Assembly: GCA_950097015.1 (NCBI GenBank)
Contig: CATNEN010000028.1
Location: forward strand, 682,001 to 746,000
Direction of reading: 5' to 3'
Length of the DNA: 64,000 bases
Source of the DNA: Macrostomum hystrix
Lineage: Eukaryota > Animalia > Platyhelminthes
Below the pieces are notes generated by a model. The model saw nothing but the letters and a program-made list of their open reading frames with translations, did no database searches and was not told the origin of the DNA. The position numbers and the translations under genes were made by a program. Within the stretch, counting starts at the first letter, position 1. The number at the start of each line of letters is the position of its first letter. This document shows, in pieces, positions 21,651-32,005 of this stretch.

Positions 21651-22117
21651 TTTCAGTAGTTGATGATGCCTCACAATAATCATGCATATAACTATCTGAA
21701 GATCATGCACTGCTGAGAAATTCCATTCAGTCAGAATGCACAAATTGATCATCGAATATCCTAACAGTGCAGCGCAGTTTCTACTTGCAGCCGCGGATAA
21801 TAGCCAACAATGTCAACATAAGAACAAGCAGATTAAAGGCAAGATTATTAAGCACTGAGCACCGCAAACTCAGCTTAGATTAGTGGATTAGAGAGGCTGG
21901 TCCAGTGCCGAGAGGCGCCGGTGATTATTAGGCTGGATTAGCGCCTTAATCCACATTGCTATATGCCAAGTAGGTTATCAAATAGACTGCTAGACGTTTT
22001 TGGGGTGAAGAATGGATTAAAAATTAATCTGCACAGTCTCATCTTTAAGAATTTTTTGTCTCTCTCTTTAGTTTCCTATAGCTCCCATTCATGCCAACCT
22101 CCAAGTCACGGTTTGGA

Positions 22118-22200
22118 GTCTACAGTGCCTGACGATGAGAATGTCAGGGCAGATGTACACATCTGTGTGAGAGTGTGCCTGAGTTCAGTATCTGTGTGTG
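22118..22200 (+). mobile_element. SINE family A core fragment
   Basis: cagtgcctgacgatgagaatgtcagggcagatgtacacatctgtgtgagagtgtgcctg matches 55540-55600. Confidence 0.8.
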
Positions 22201-23343
22201 AGAGTGTGCCTGAGTTCAATATCTGTGTGTGAGAGTGTGTCTGAGTTCAGTATCTGTGTGTGAGAGTGTGCCTGAGTTCAATATCTGTGTGTGAGAGTGT
22301 GTCTGAGTTCAGTATCTGTGTGTGAGAGTGTGTCTGAGTTCAGTATCTGTGTGTGAGAGTGTGTCTGAGTTCAGTATCTGTGTGTGAGAGTGTGTCTGAG
22401 TTCAGTATCTGTGTGTGAGAGTGTGTCTGAGTTCAGTATCTGTGTGTGAGAGTGTGTCTGAGTTCAGTATCTGTGTGTGAGAGTGTGTCTGAGTTCAGTA
22501 TCTGTGTGTGAGAGTGTGTCTGAGTTCAGTATCTGTGTGTGTGTCTGAGTTCAGTATCTGTGTGTGTGTGTGTGCCTGAGTTCAGTATCTGTGTGTGTGC
22601 CTGAGTTCAGTATCTGTGTGTGTGTCTGAGTTCAGTATCTGTGTGTGTGTGTGTGTGCCTGAGTTCAGTATCTGTGTGTGTGCCTGATTTCAGTATCTGT
22701 GTGTGTGCCTGAGTTCAGTATCTGTGTGTGTGCCTGAGTTCAGTATCTGTGTGTGTGTCTGAGTTCAGTATCTGTGTGTGTGTGTGCCTGAGTTCAGTAT
22801 CTGTGTGTGTGCCTGAGTTCAGTATCTGTGTGTGAGAGTGTGTCTGAGTTCAGTATCTGTGTGTGTGTCTGAGTTCAGTATCTGTGTGTGTGTCTGAGTT
22901 CAGTATCTGTGTGTGTGTGTGTGCCTGAGTTCAGTATCTGTGTGTGTGCCTGATTTCAGTATCTGTGTGTGTGCCTGAGTTCAGTATCTGTGTGTGTGTG
23001 TGTGCCTGAGTTCAGTATCTGTGTGTGTGTCTGAGTTCAGTATCTGTGTGTGTGTGTGCCTGAGTTCAGTATCTGTGTGTGTGCCTGAGTTCAGTATCTG
23101 TGTGTGAGAGTGTGTCTGAGTTCAGTATCTGTGTGTGTGTCTGAGTTCAGTATGTGTGTGTGTATGCCTGAGTTCAGTATCTGTGTGTGTGTGTGCCTGA
23201 GTTCAGTATGTGTGTGTGTGTCTGAGTTCAGTATCTGTGTGTGTGTCTGAGTTCAGTATCTGTGTGTGTGTGTGCCTGAGTTCAGTATCTGTGTGTGTGC
23301 CTGAGTTCAGTATCTGTGTGTGTGCCTGAGTTCAGTATCTGTG
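22165..23343. repeat. Minisatellite ctgagttcagtatc(tg)n of variable unit length, derived from SINE sequence
   Basis: Tandem units with a variable (TG)n tract, continuous with the SINE fragment. Confidence 0.93.
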
Positions 23344-24035
23344 TCACACACGGCTATCTCAGATTCGAACTTGGGTGATTCAGCCGATAACCAGCACATA
23401 GCATTTCCAATCACTCCATCATATTCCTGCGTAGATATATGTTCCCATGTAGGTCGTATTTTTTATATTTGGCTCTCTTTGTTGTTACCAGTGAATGGCT
23501 TTTAGCCAAACAGTCTTACAATCTTAATACATAGAAAACTGGTCTATTCGTAGTTAATTAAAATTAGGAAAGTTGAATCTCTTATTTGTGAGCATAGCTA
23601 TTGATAGCGGAATGAATAAAGTTAACGGCCTCACTATCAAGTATATAGTAGCAAATTAATAATACATAGATATGATAAAGTCATTCTGAATGAGACGGGA
23701 CAGCTTCTTCCAATAGTGTCTCCTCCAATCTCCCCCATCCCCTCGTTTGCATCCCCTTCCAGATTGAGTCGGCTCTGGAGTTTCAACCAATGGCCGGGAT
23801 TCGCAATATAAAAAAAATTGTCCATAAATTTCTGGCCACATCTGGACGAGCTGAGATTCTTCACTTTAGTGGAGTTCGCAGTCAATTTGGAGTTGGTTAT
23901 CTTTCGCGTCAAACTGGTTCTTCGTTAACCAACTGCAGGTGAGTAAAATATGAATGAGTTCTTTATGTCTGCCAGTCGGCACTAATTCATAATTGCTATA
24001 TTGATTCACTGCAACATTGGCTCCTCACAGGCACC

Positions 24036-25153
24036 ATGAGATTTGCCGCGCAGGTTCTGGTAGCGCTTATGTTTGCCACGGCTGCATCTGGTCTTATTGA
24101 GGCAGCATTCGCACCTGCCGATGCAGACTCGGGTGAGTTCGATCTAGAACTATACAACTATAAAAAAATCCCATTTTCTTTAACTCCCAAAATGACTTAC
24201 TTGGCATTCACCAAATGTCAAAGTGATGGATAAAATTGGTAAATCATTATGAACAGAATCAGAAATTTCTGATCTGACAGATTTGTGTCAGAAATCCGAT
24301 TTAGAATGAGACTGAAATTTGACACGATCCACAAATTGGCAATTATCATTTCAATGTGCTCAAATTACACGAGATGAAATCGTAAATACTTCGATAACTC
24401 GTTGATAGAATACCTTTTTAAGGCGTAGCTTTAGTGATTCGTTCACGTTTTTTTACAAATGAGTTCCAGCGAATTTGAAAATTTCTATACATTTTGACAC
24501 CCCTGTGAAATAAAAAAAAACACAAAGAATAGTCACGCGAGAGACAAGACGGGAGAGATAAGACACGGGAGAGACAAGATAGCTAGGAGAGAGACAAGAC
24601 ATGAGAGAGATGAGACACAGGAAAGATGAGACAGGGAAGAGATGAGACAGGGGAGAGATGAGACGGAAAAGACGAGACACAGGAGAGATAAGATAAGGGA
24701 GAGATGAGATGAGACCCCAGAAAGATTAGAGACGGGAGAGATGAGACCAGGAATAAATGAGATGAGAGGGAGAGATATGAGAAACGAAAGCGATGATTAT
24801 TTTTAATTAAAAAAGCCTTCAAACTACTCATCAACCGGCCGAACCAGTAGTATGAAGCACCGCCTCTGCTCCGTCTCGCATCAACAGACGAGCAACAGCA
24901 GCAACAGCAGCAGCAGCAGCAGCTGGTGGCCGGCAGAAACTTTGTCAGTCTATTTGACAAGCGCGGAGTGGAGCTCACCGGTGACATGTACTGCTGCCTG
25001 AACAGCATCCCCGGCTGCTGTCGCCGACGCCGCCGTCGCTCTATTCAAGAGCAGCCAGATGTGCTGGCTGCCTGCGGCTGCTGTCGGCGAAGTTCGTTCT
25101 CCGCTGAGTCGGCCTGCTGCCGCGTCTGCGCGAGTCTATTGTCAGAAGCTTGA
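24036..25153 (+). CDS. Secreted cysteine-rich prepropeptide, 120 aa (signal peptide, polyQ pro-region, KR and R6 cleavage sites)
   Basis: 5' UTR intron 23939-24030 (CAG|GTGAGT...ctcctcacag|). Exons 24036-24132 (G|GTGAGT) and 24888-25153 (catcaacag|), phase 1. Product MRFAAQVLVALMFATAASG...DEQ10LVAGRNFVSLFDKR GVELTGDMYCCLNSIPGCC RRRRRR SIQEQPDVLAACGCCRRSSFSAESACCRVCASLLSEA. Confidence 0.82.
24538..24780. repeat. GA-rich degenerate tandem repeat (gagatgagacagggagag) in the peptide-gene intron
   Basis: Purine-rich repeats related to 25420-26411. Confidence 0.8.
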
Positions 25154-25419
25154 CGAATGGATTTGATGGACAAACAGACCCCACAGAATGTGCAAAATGT
25201 GTGTTTGTGTGTCCGGGTCATTCTAATCTGTTTGTTATCTGCACTTTTGAAGAACTCTGTCTAACAGTTATTAACTACTATTTCACGCAAAGTCAAGGAT
25301 TCCTAATAATAAACCTCACGGAATCGAGAGACATTGCGACAGGGTTTTAGTTCTCCGTCTTTAATTTATCGACTGAGGACTTCGTGCAGCGTGAAAACTG
25401 AACCTCATCGAGTGCAAGT

Positions 25420-26411
25420 GATGAGAATGGGAAGAGATGCGACAGGGAAGAAATAAGACAGGGGAGGGATGAGACAGGGAAGAAATAAGACAGGGGAGGG
25501 ATGAGACAGGGAAGAGATGAGCAAAGAAGAGATGAGACGGAAAATAGATAAGACAGGGCAGAAATGAGACACAGGAGAGATGAAAAGGGGAGAAATGAGA
25601 CACAGGAGAGATGAAAAGGGGAGAGATGAGACACGGAGAGATGAGATAGGGGAGAAATGAGACACAGGAGAGATGAAAAGGGGAGAGATGAGACACGGAG
25701 AGATGAGACACAGAAGAGATAAAAAGGAGAGAGATGAGACAGGGGAGAAATGAGACACAGGAGAGATGAAAAGGGGAGAGATGAGATACAGGAGAGATGA
25801 AAAGGGGAGAAATGAGACACAGGAGAGATGAAAAGGGGAGAGATGAGACACAGAAGAGATGAAAAGGAGAGAGATGAGACGGGAGAAATGAGACACAGGA
25901 GAGATGAAAAGGGGAGAGATGAGACAGGGGAGAGATGAGACAGGGGAGATGAAAAGGGGAGAGATGAGACACAGAAGAGATGAAAAGGAGAGAGATGAGA
26001 CAGGGGAGAAATGAGACACAGGAGAGATGAAAAGGGGAGAAATGAGACACAGGAGAGATGAAAAGGGGAGAAATGAGACACAGGAGAGATGAAAAGGGGA
26101 GAGATGAGACACAGAAGAGATGAAAAGGAGAGAGATGAGACAGGGGAGAGATGAGACACGGGAGAGATGAGACACGGAGAGATGAGACACGGAGAGATGA
26201 GACAGGGGAGAGATGAGACATGGAGAGATGAGACAAGCGATAAAGGAGACAGTGGAGAGTTGAGACACGGGAGATGAGACACGGGAGATGAGACACGGGA
26301 GATGAGACACGGGAGATGAGACACGGGAGAGATGAGACATGGAGAGATGAGACAGGGGAGAGATGAGACATGGAGAGATGAGACACGGGAGATGAGACAC
26401 GGGAGAGATGA
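25420..26411. repeat. GA-rich compound minisatellite (gagatgagacacaggagagatgaaaagggga)
   Basis: Tandem periodicity. Explains the SHLS/VSSLP pseudo-ORFs. Confidence 0.93.
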
Positions 26412-26559
26412 GTCGGTCTGAACTAGTATAGGCAGTCCTGGGGAATCAGTTCTAGAAACAAAATCAGAGTCATGCCTGAGTAAGCTGCCTATAGCTTGAT
26501 CGATTCAAGAGCCGCGGGAAACAACTATTGATAACTTGTTCGCCAAATTACCATCGACA

Positions 26560-27655
26560 AATGCGGATCAACCGTCATTAAGCTCCAAGGTATAGACTGA
26601 AAGACTTCGTTATATATATTCCAAAAATTACCATGATTTTCCTAATCTTATCGATTTCTGTGGTAATGTAGCTCGCTTTAAAAGTAGCAAAAGAGCAAAC
26701 GTCAAAACAAACATTGATTCTATTTAAACTGCCGACGCGTTTCGTCCAAAGCGGACATCTTCAGGGCAAACAAGCCGTTTGCCCGAAAACCGAAAATGTA
26801 TTTAAATTGAATCGAAAAAAATATTGAGCGAACAAAACATGTACATTCTGTAAACTTTTATATCAACGAACCAATCAGTGAAGAGGGTGCATCCACCTCA
26901 CCACCGCGCACAACGAGATAAAAAAATTCAGAGTTGCTGCTCTCACAAGCTGAACGTTCAAGCTTGGGTTGTACTTCCTAATTTACCTAGCTTCCAACAA
27001 TTTTAGCTTTTTATCGTTGTTACATCCATCCATCACCTTGAACAACTGCATAGGCTCACAGTCACAACACGCCTTGCACACGAATAGGTGGTCTTTAGTG
27101 GCCGAAGACGCAAGCCAGTGCTCCCTCACCCTCTTGTGCAGATGCCGTTTCGTTTTTCCGATATAGGAAACACCCTGATCAACAGAGCATTGAAGTTGAT
27201 AGACGACACCAGCCTTCAGAGGGAGAGGAACACTAGATTTGACCCTGCTCGCGTAGCGCGCAATCTTTTCAGTCGTGAACACAACTGTAATTTTGCAATT
27301 GAGCAGTCTAAAAAACCTCTTTTCTAACTTATTTTTAAAATCAATCGAAGCGGATCCAAGAAATGGTAAAATCATCAGCGAGACCGAAGAGTCCGTCTCT
27401 GAGCCTTTCCCGTGTTGCAAGCAGGACACTTTTTCAGAAACAAACCGGTTAAAAATACGGCTAACAAACTCAAACGGATAGCCATTCGATTTAAGGGTTC
27501 TAGTCAGAGAAATGACTTCCTGATGGAACAGCGCCCAAGAACTGCAAACAACATAAGCCCTGTGAAGCAAACACCTAACCAGACCAGATTTCCATTGGAT
27601 TGGGCAAAGCGCATTGAAATTCAGCATTAAGCCAGTAAACGTGGGTTTATCGATT
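26560..27655 (-). mobile_element. Penelope-like retroelement, 5'-truncated (RT thumb plus GIY-YIG endonuclease), inactivated
   Basis: KPTFTGLMLNF...WKSGLVRCLLHRAY...NGYP (thumb), then GVVYQLQC...SYIGKTKRHLHKRVREH (GIY-YIG). A TAG interrupts LLEAR*IRKYNPSLN at 26985-26983. A hammerhead lies in the 3' region. The outer boundary is approximate. Confidence 0.9.
26729..26769 (-). ncRNA. Minimal type I hammerhead ribozyme
   Basis: Minus strand: UUGCC CUGAAGA U GUCC-gcuuu-GGAC GAAA CGCG UC GGCAG. Intact core, helix II, palindromic ACGCGU helix III, and helix I UUGCC/GGCAG. Predicted GUC cleavage between 26734 and 26733. Confidence 0.88.
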
Positions 27656-27765
27656 TCTGCGATCGAGAAAACGACAAATGGCGGAAAATCTTTGCGGGAA
27701 GAGTCGCAGAATATATAACTTTAGCGACAGCCGACAGTGACTGTAAAGCCAAAAGATTCAAGACG

Positions 27766-28612
27766 TAGAATCGCAGCAGGAGTCGTTGAGAGAATCGCAG
27801 CAGGAGACGTTGCAAGAATCGCAGCAGGAATACTAGCAAGAATCGCAGCAGGAGTCGTTGAGAGAATCGCAGCAGGAGACGTTGAAAGAATCGCAGCAGG
27901 AGACGTTAAAAGAATCGCAGCAGGAGACGTTGAAAGAATCGCAGCAGGAGACGTTGAAAGAATCGCAGCAGGAGTCGTTGAAAGAATCGCAGCAGGAATA
28001 CTAGCAAGAATCGCAGCAGGAGTCGTTGAGAGAATCGCAGCAGGAGACGTTGAAAGAATCGCAGCAGGAATACTAGCAAGAATCGCAGCAGGAGTCGTTG
28101 AGAGAATCGCAGCAGGAGACGTTGAAAGAATCGCAGCAGGAGACGTTGAAAGAATCGCAGCAGGAGACGTTGAAAGAATCGCAGCAGGAATACTAGCAAG
28201 AATCGCAGCAGGACTCGTTGCAAGAATCACAGCAGGAGTCGTTGAGAGAATCGCAGCAAGAGTCGTTGAGAGAATCGCAGCAAGAGTCGTTCAGAGAATC
28301 GCAGCAAGAGTCGTTGAGAGAATCGCAGCAAGAGTTGTTGAGAGAATCGCAGCAAGAGTCGTTGAGAGAATTGCAGCTGGAGACATTGCAAGAATCGCAG
28401 CAGGAATACTAGCAAGAATCGCAGCAGGAATACTAACAAGAATCGCAGCAGGAGTCGTTGCAAGAATCGCAGCAGGAGTCTCTGTTAGAATCGCAGCAGG
28501 AATACTAACAAGAATCGCAGCAGGAGTCGTTGCAAGAATCGCAGCAGGAGTCTTTGTTAGAATCGCAGCAGGAATACTAACAGGAATCGCAGCAGGAGTC
28601 GTTGCGAGAATT
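27766..28612. repeat. 24-bp minisatellite (agaatcgcagcaggagacgttgaa)
   Basis: Tandem periodicity. Explains the RIAAG pseudo-ORFs. Confidence 0.94.
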
Positions 28613-28779
28613 GCTTTCATAATCAGTTGACTAAAAACCCGCATAAGGAATTAAAAGGCAAATACGCTTGTACGAGTAAATGAGATGCCATTAAGATTAT
28701 AACAATCAATTACAAATACTAGAAAAGCAAGATTTCTAACTAAATCGTTGTCGAATTCGGTCGCAACAACAACTTTATC

Positions 28780-29115
28780 TCAGCTGCCTCTGCGCTTGGC
28801 AGAATAGCGATGTAAATAAGGAGGCCATTCGCTCCGCCCGACCTCTGTGTAGCTACACTTCACTAATTTCCAATCAGCATTGTTATTCACTTCCGAAATG
28901 TTGTCAGCGTTTTCTCTGTCAATTGAATTTGAGCGAAATTCTGGGAGAGTGGAGTGGAGGCTGGGCCCTGAAGTGAGGGGTGTCTGATCAATGGGCCGGG
29001 ATGCGAAGAGGAAGTCGGGGAATTTGTTTCTGCAGCAGACTGCAAGGCAGCCGCCAAGCAACTCGGGCCAGCATTTATTTTTGTGAAGCGAGTAAACTAA
29101 TTTGATTCCGCTGGC
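28780..29115 (-). CDS. Possible orphan terminal exon (112 codons)
   Basis: Acceptor gtttttag| then an open frame ASGIKLVYSLHKNKCWPELLGGCLAVCC...RRGS-stop. No upstream exon or domain identified. Confidence 0.25.
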   Translation of the reverse strand, partial: ASGIKLVYSLHKNKCWPELLGGCLAVCCRNKFPDFLFASRPIDQTPLTSGPSLHSTLPEFRSNSIDRENADNISEVNNNADWKLVKCSYTEVGRSEWPPYLHRYSAKRRGS

Positions 29116-29176
29116 CTAAAAACTTCTGCTTCTTGGAGCTCTGCACTGCATCTGATTATTTATATTCTGCTCACCG

Positions 29177-29600
29177 GAGTCAGTGAGCAGACATGGGAGT
29201 CAGTGTACAGGCATGGGAGTCAGTGGACAGTAATTGAAGTCAGTGGACAGTCATGGGAGTCAGTGAGCAGTCATGGGAGTCGGTGTACAGGCATGGGAGT
29301 CAGTGGACAGTAATTGGAGTCAGTGGACAGTCATGGGAGTCAGTGGACAGTCATGGGAATCAGGGAGCAGTCATTGGAGTCAGTGGACAGTCATAGGAGT
29401 CAGTGGACAGTCATGGGAGTCAGTGGACAGTCATGGGAGTAAGTGGACAGTCATGGGAGTCAGTGGACAGTCATGGGAGTCAGTGGACAGTCATGGGAGT
29501 CAGTGGACAGTCATGGGAATCAGTGAGCAGTCATTGGAGTCAGTGGACAGTCATAGGAGTCAGTGGACAGTCATGGGAATCAGTGAGCAGTCATGGGAAT
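29177..29600. repeat. 20-bp minisatellite (tcagtggacagtcatgggag), inverted relative of 14020-14881
   Basis: Its reverse complement ctcccatgactgtccactga occurs as a variant unit in the 14-kb array. Confidence 0.92.
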
Positions 29601-29826
29601 CTGTCATTTGAGTCAGTGGGTGATCTAAAAAAACTTCAAAAACTTAAGTTTCGAAAATTGCAAACAATAATTTCGCTAGTGATAATCACGTTGGCCTTCA
29701 TTGACGAGTTTATTTATAAATCTATGGTTAAGTAGAGAGCGAATCAGGATGTGCCTAATCGACCTATGGCAGTCGATTTCTAAGGCGTGATAGAAAATGA
29801 TATTTAAAAAACAAAATATGCGTCCG

Positions 29827-30429
29827 TCACAGTTCAGTCTTCTTACCGGATGCTGCAGCTGAAGCGGCAGCTTTGGCAGCCTTCGCGGCCTTGTCAGCGG
29901 CGGCCACATCGGCAGCCGGTGCACCTCGACCTAGCACTGTATGACCCTCTATAGTGACGGAGTGACAATTCGGCTGGGCTAATAAGTACTCGCGCACTTT
30001 AACCACCTGGGAGCCGTCGAGGGCGACCAACTGGACATTGCCGTCCTCCGTTACGCGCCTAGTAGTCTCCATGTGGGCGTTAAACATTTCGAGCTGCCAG
30101 TTGCGCGACAGAGTCTCCAACCAATTGGAGTCGCGACCAACGGCGCCGGAGATCCGGACATTCAGCAGGATCGGCTGGCCCCGACTGGAATGCCGCAGAA
30201 TCAGCGTCGGGTCGGTGAGGTCGGCCTCCTTAGTGAGGTCCAACTGTGGACTGCGCCAGGCTGTGTCCTCTGGCTCGTAGTCCGGATCGGTCTCGTCCCA
30301 TTGCTTGTAGAGTTTCTCTAGATCGGCCTCGGTATAGGCGGATAGCGGCTTCCTCTCTGCGGCTGAGACACGGGCCAGGCTGTGACTGGCAACTGTCAGG
30401 GATAAGAGAAGCAGCAGGTGCCGCTTCAT
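29827..30429 (-). CDS. MESD: LRP chaperone MESD (boca)
   Basis: Signal peptide MKRHLLLLLSL, YTEADLEKLYKQWDE, NWQLEMFNAHMET, DGSQVVKVREYLLAQPNCHSVTIEG, and C-terminal ER-retention-like KTEL. A splice acceptor just upstream of the ATG indicates a 5' UTR intron. Confidence 0.92.
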   Translation of the reverse strand: MKRHLLLLLSLTVASHSLARVSAAERKPLSAYTEADLEKLYKQWDETDPDYEPEDTAWRSPQLDLTKEADLTDPTLILRHSSRGQPILLNVRISGAVGRDSNWLETLSRNWQLEMFNAHMETTRRVTEDGNVQLVALDGSQVVKVREYLLAQPNCHSVTIEGHTVLGRGAPAADVAAADKAAKAAKAAASAAASGKKTEL

Positions 30430-30493
30430 AACAGATCTTGCAAATGCCTGAAGCAAAAGAAACATTTGTTTAAAAACTTAATAACATTCTAAG

Positions 30494-30667
30494 TCGGGCT
30501 TGTCGCGCAATCTTTGAAAGTGCCAACCTCCAAGGCACAGTGACAGTGTACGCTGTCTGACGATGAGAAAGTCAGGGCAGGTGTAGCTCGTACACACCTG
30601 TGTGAGTGTGTGCTCAGGAGTCAGTGGAATGACAAGAATTGTCTCCTCGATGGCTGTCACCAAAAGA
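30494..30667 (+). mobile_element. SINE family A, 5'-truncated copy
   Basis: gccaacctccaaggcacagtgacagtgtacgctgtctgacgatgagaaagtcagggcag...tcaggagtcagtggaa matches 55510-55670. Confidence 0.85.
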
Positions 30668-31114
30668 TGTTTTGTTTTCGTTTTTTAAGTAACGTTGAAT
30701 AAACATACTAATCTACAAATAAGTATGAGGAACGAAAAAAAATATGATAAATTAATCACTAGTAATTAATAATGCATCCACGACGATAAATAAAAAAATG
30801 GACTTAAAAAAATTGTATCCCTTTTAAAAAAGGCAAAAAATAAGACACAATTACAGAAATTGTTATTCTTTATATTTACTAACGCGAGTCTCATTTTTGC
30901 TACAATACGAGTGTTAAACAAGAAACTTCAGCAACATAATTCATTTCAAAATCAATACAGTTAGTTGCATTATCAAGTATATCATTTCATTTAAGGTAGC
31001 TGAATAGATTTCGCATTACGCAAACCTTCAAACGTGTTTGTTAAAAGTACACTAGCTTTATCGTGACGATGACTGATAAAATTTCGAGTCTTGAATCTGG
31101 TGGACACAACTAAA

Positions 31115-31750
31115 TAAGTACACTATCTCGAACCTTGCCGACAATTGTTAAAGTACATTACCCTAGACTCTAACTGACAACATATAAAGCACATTTAGCC
31201 TGAACTAATTACCGAAAACTGTTAAAGTACATTACCCTAGATTCTTACCGATAATGGCTAAAGTACATTACCCTAGACTCTTACCGATAATGGTTAAAGT
31301 ACATTACCCTACACTCTTACCGATAATGGTTAAAGTACATTACCCTAGACTCTTACCGAAAATGGTTAAAGTACATTACCCTAGACTCTTATCGATAATG
31401 GTTAAAGTACATTACCCTAGACTCTTATCGATAATGGTTAAATTACATTACCCTACACTCTTACCGATAATGGTTAAAGTACATTACCCTACACTCTTAC
31501 CGATAATGGTTAAAGTACATTACCCTAGACTCTTATCGATAATGGTTAAAGTACATTACCCTAGACTCTTATCGATAATGGTTAAATTACATTACCCTAG
31601 ACTCTTACCGAAAATGGTTAAAGTACATTACCCTAGACTCTTACCGAAAATGGTTAAAGTACATTACCCTAGACTCTTATCGATAATGGTTAAAGTACAT
31701 TACCCTAGACTCTTACCGACAATGATTAAAGTACATTACCTAGACTCTTA
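31115..31750. repeat. 36-bp minisatellite (aatggttaaagtacattaccctagactcttaccgat)
   Basis: Tandem periodicity. Confidence 0.93.
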
Positions 31751-32005
31751 ATAGAGTACATTTACATCTAGTTCTTGCAAGAGTATAACTAATAAAGTAA
31801 AGATCCCTAAATTCTTAACAAATAACCATAGACCCTTGACGACAGCTTTTTATTTTGCCCCTTCGACTATCATTAAAGTATTTTCGCTTTACCCCAACGA
31901 CTCTGAAAAGGGGGATTTCTAATCAAGTTCGTCGACATTTGTAAAAAGTACATTTTATAAACTTCTCTCATAGTCATTTCTTTAACCGCTAAGATTCATT
32001 TCAAT

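Noticed and set aside
21696-21735. CTGAAGA-tca...tga-GAAA hammerhead-like motif
   Set aside because: No complementary helix I or valid helix III.
27737-28630. RIAAGDVE repeat protein
   Set aside because: A 24-bp array with no supported splice context. Protein-like, but not distinguishable from the other arrays.
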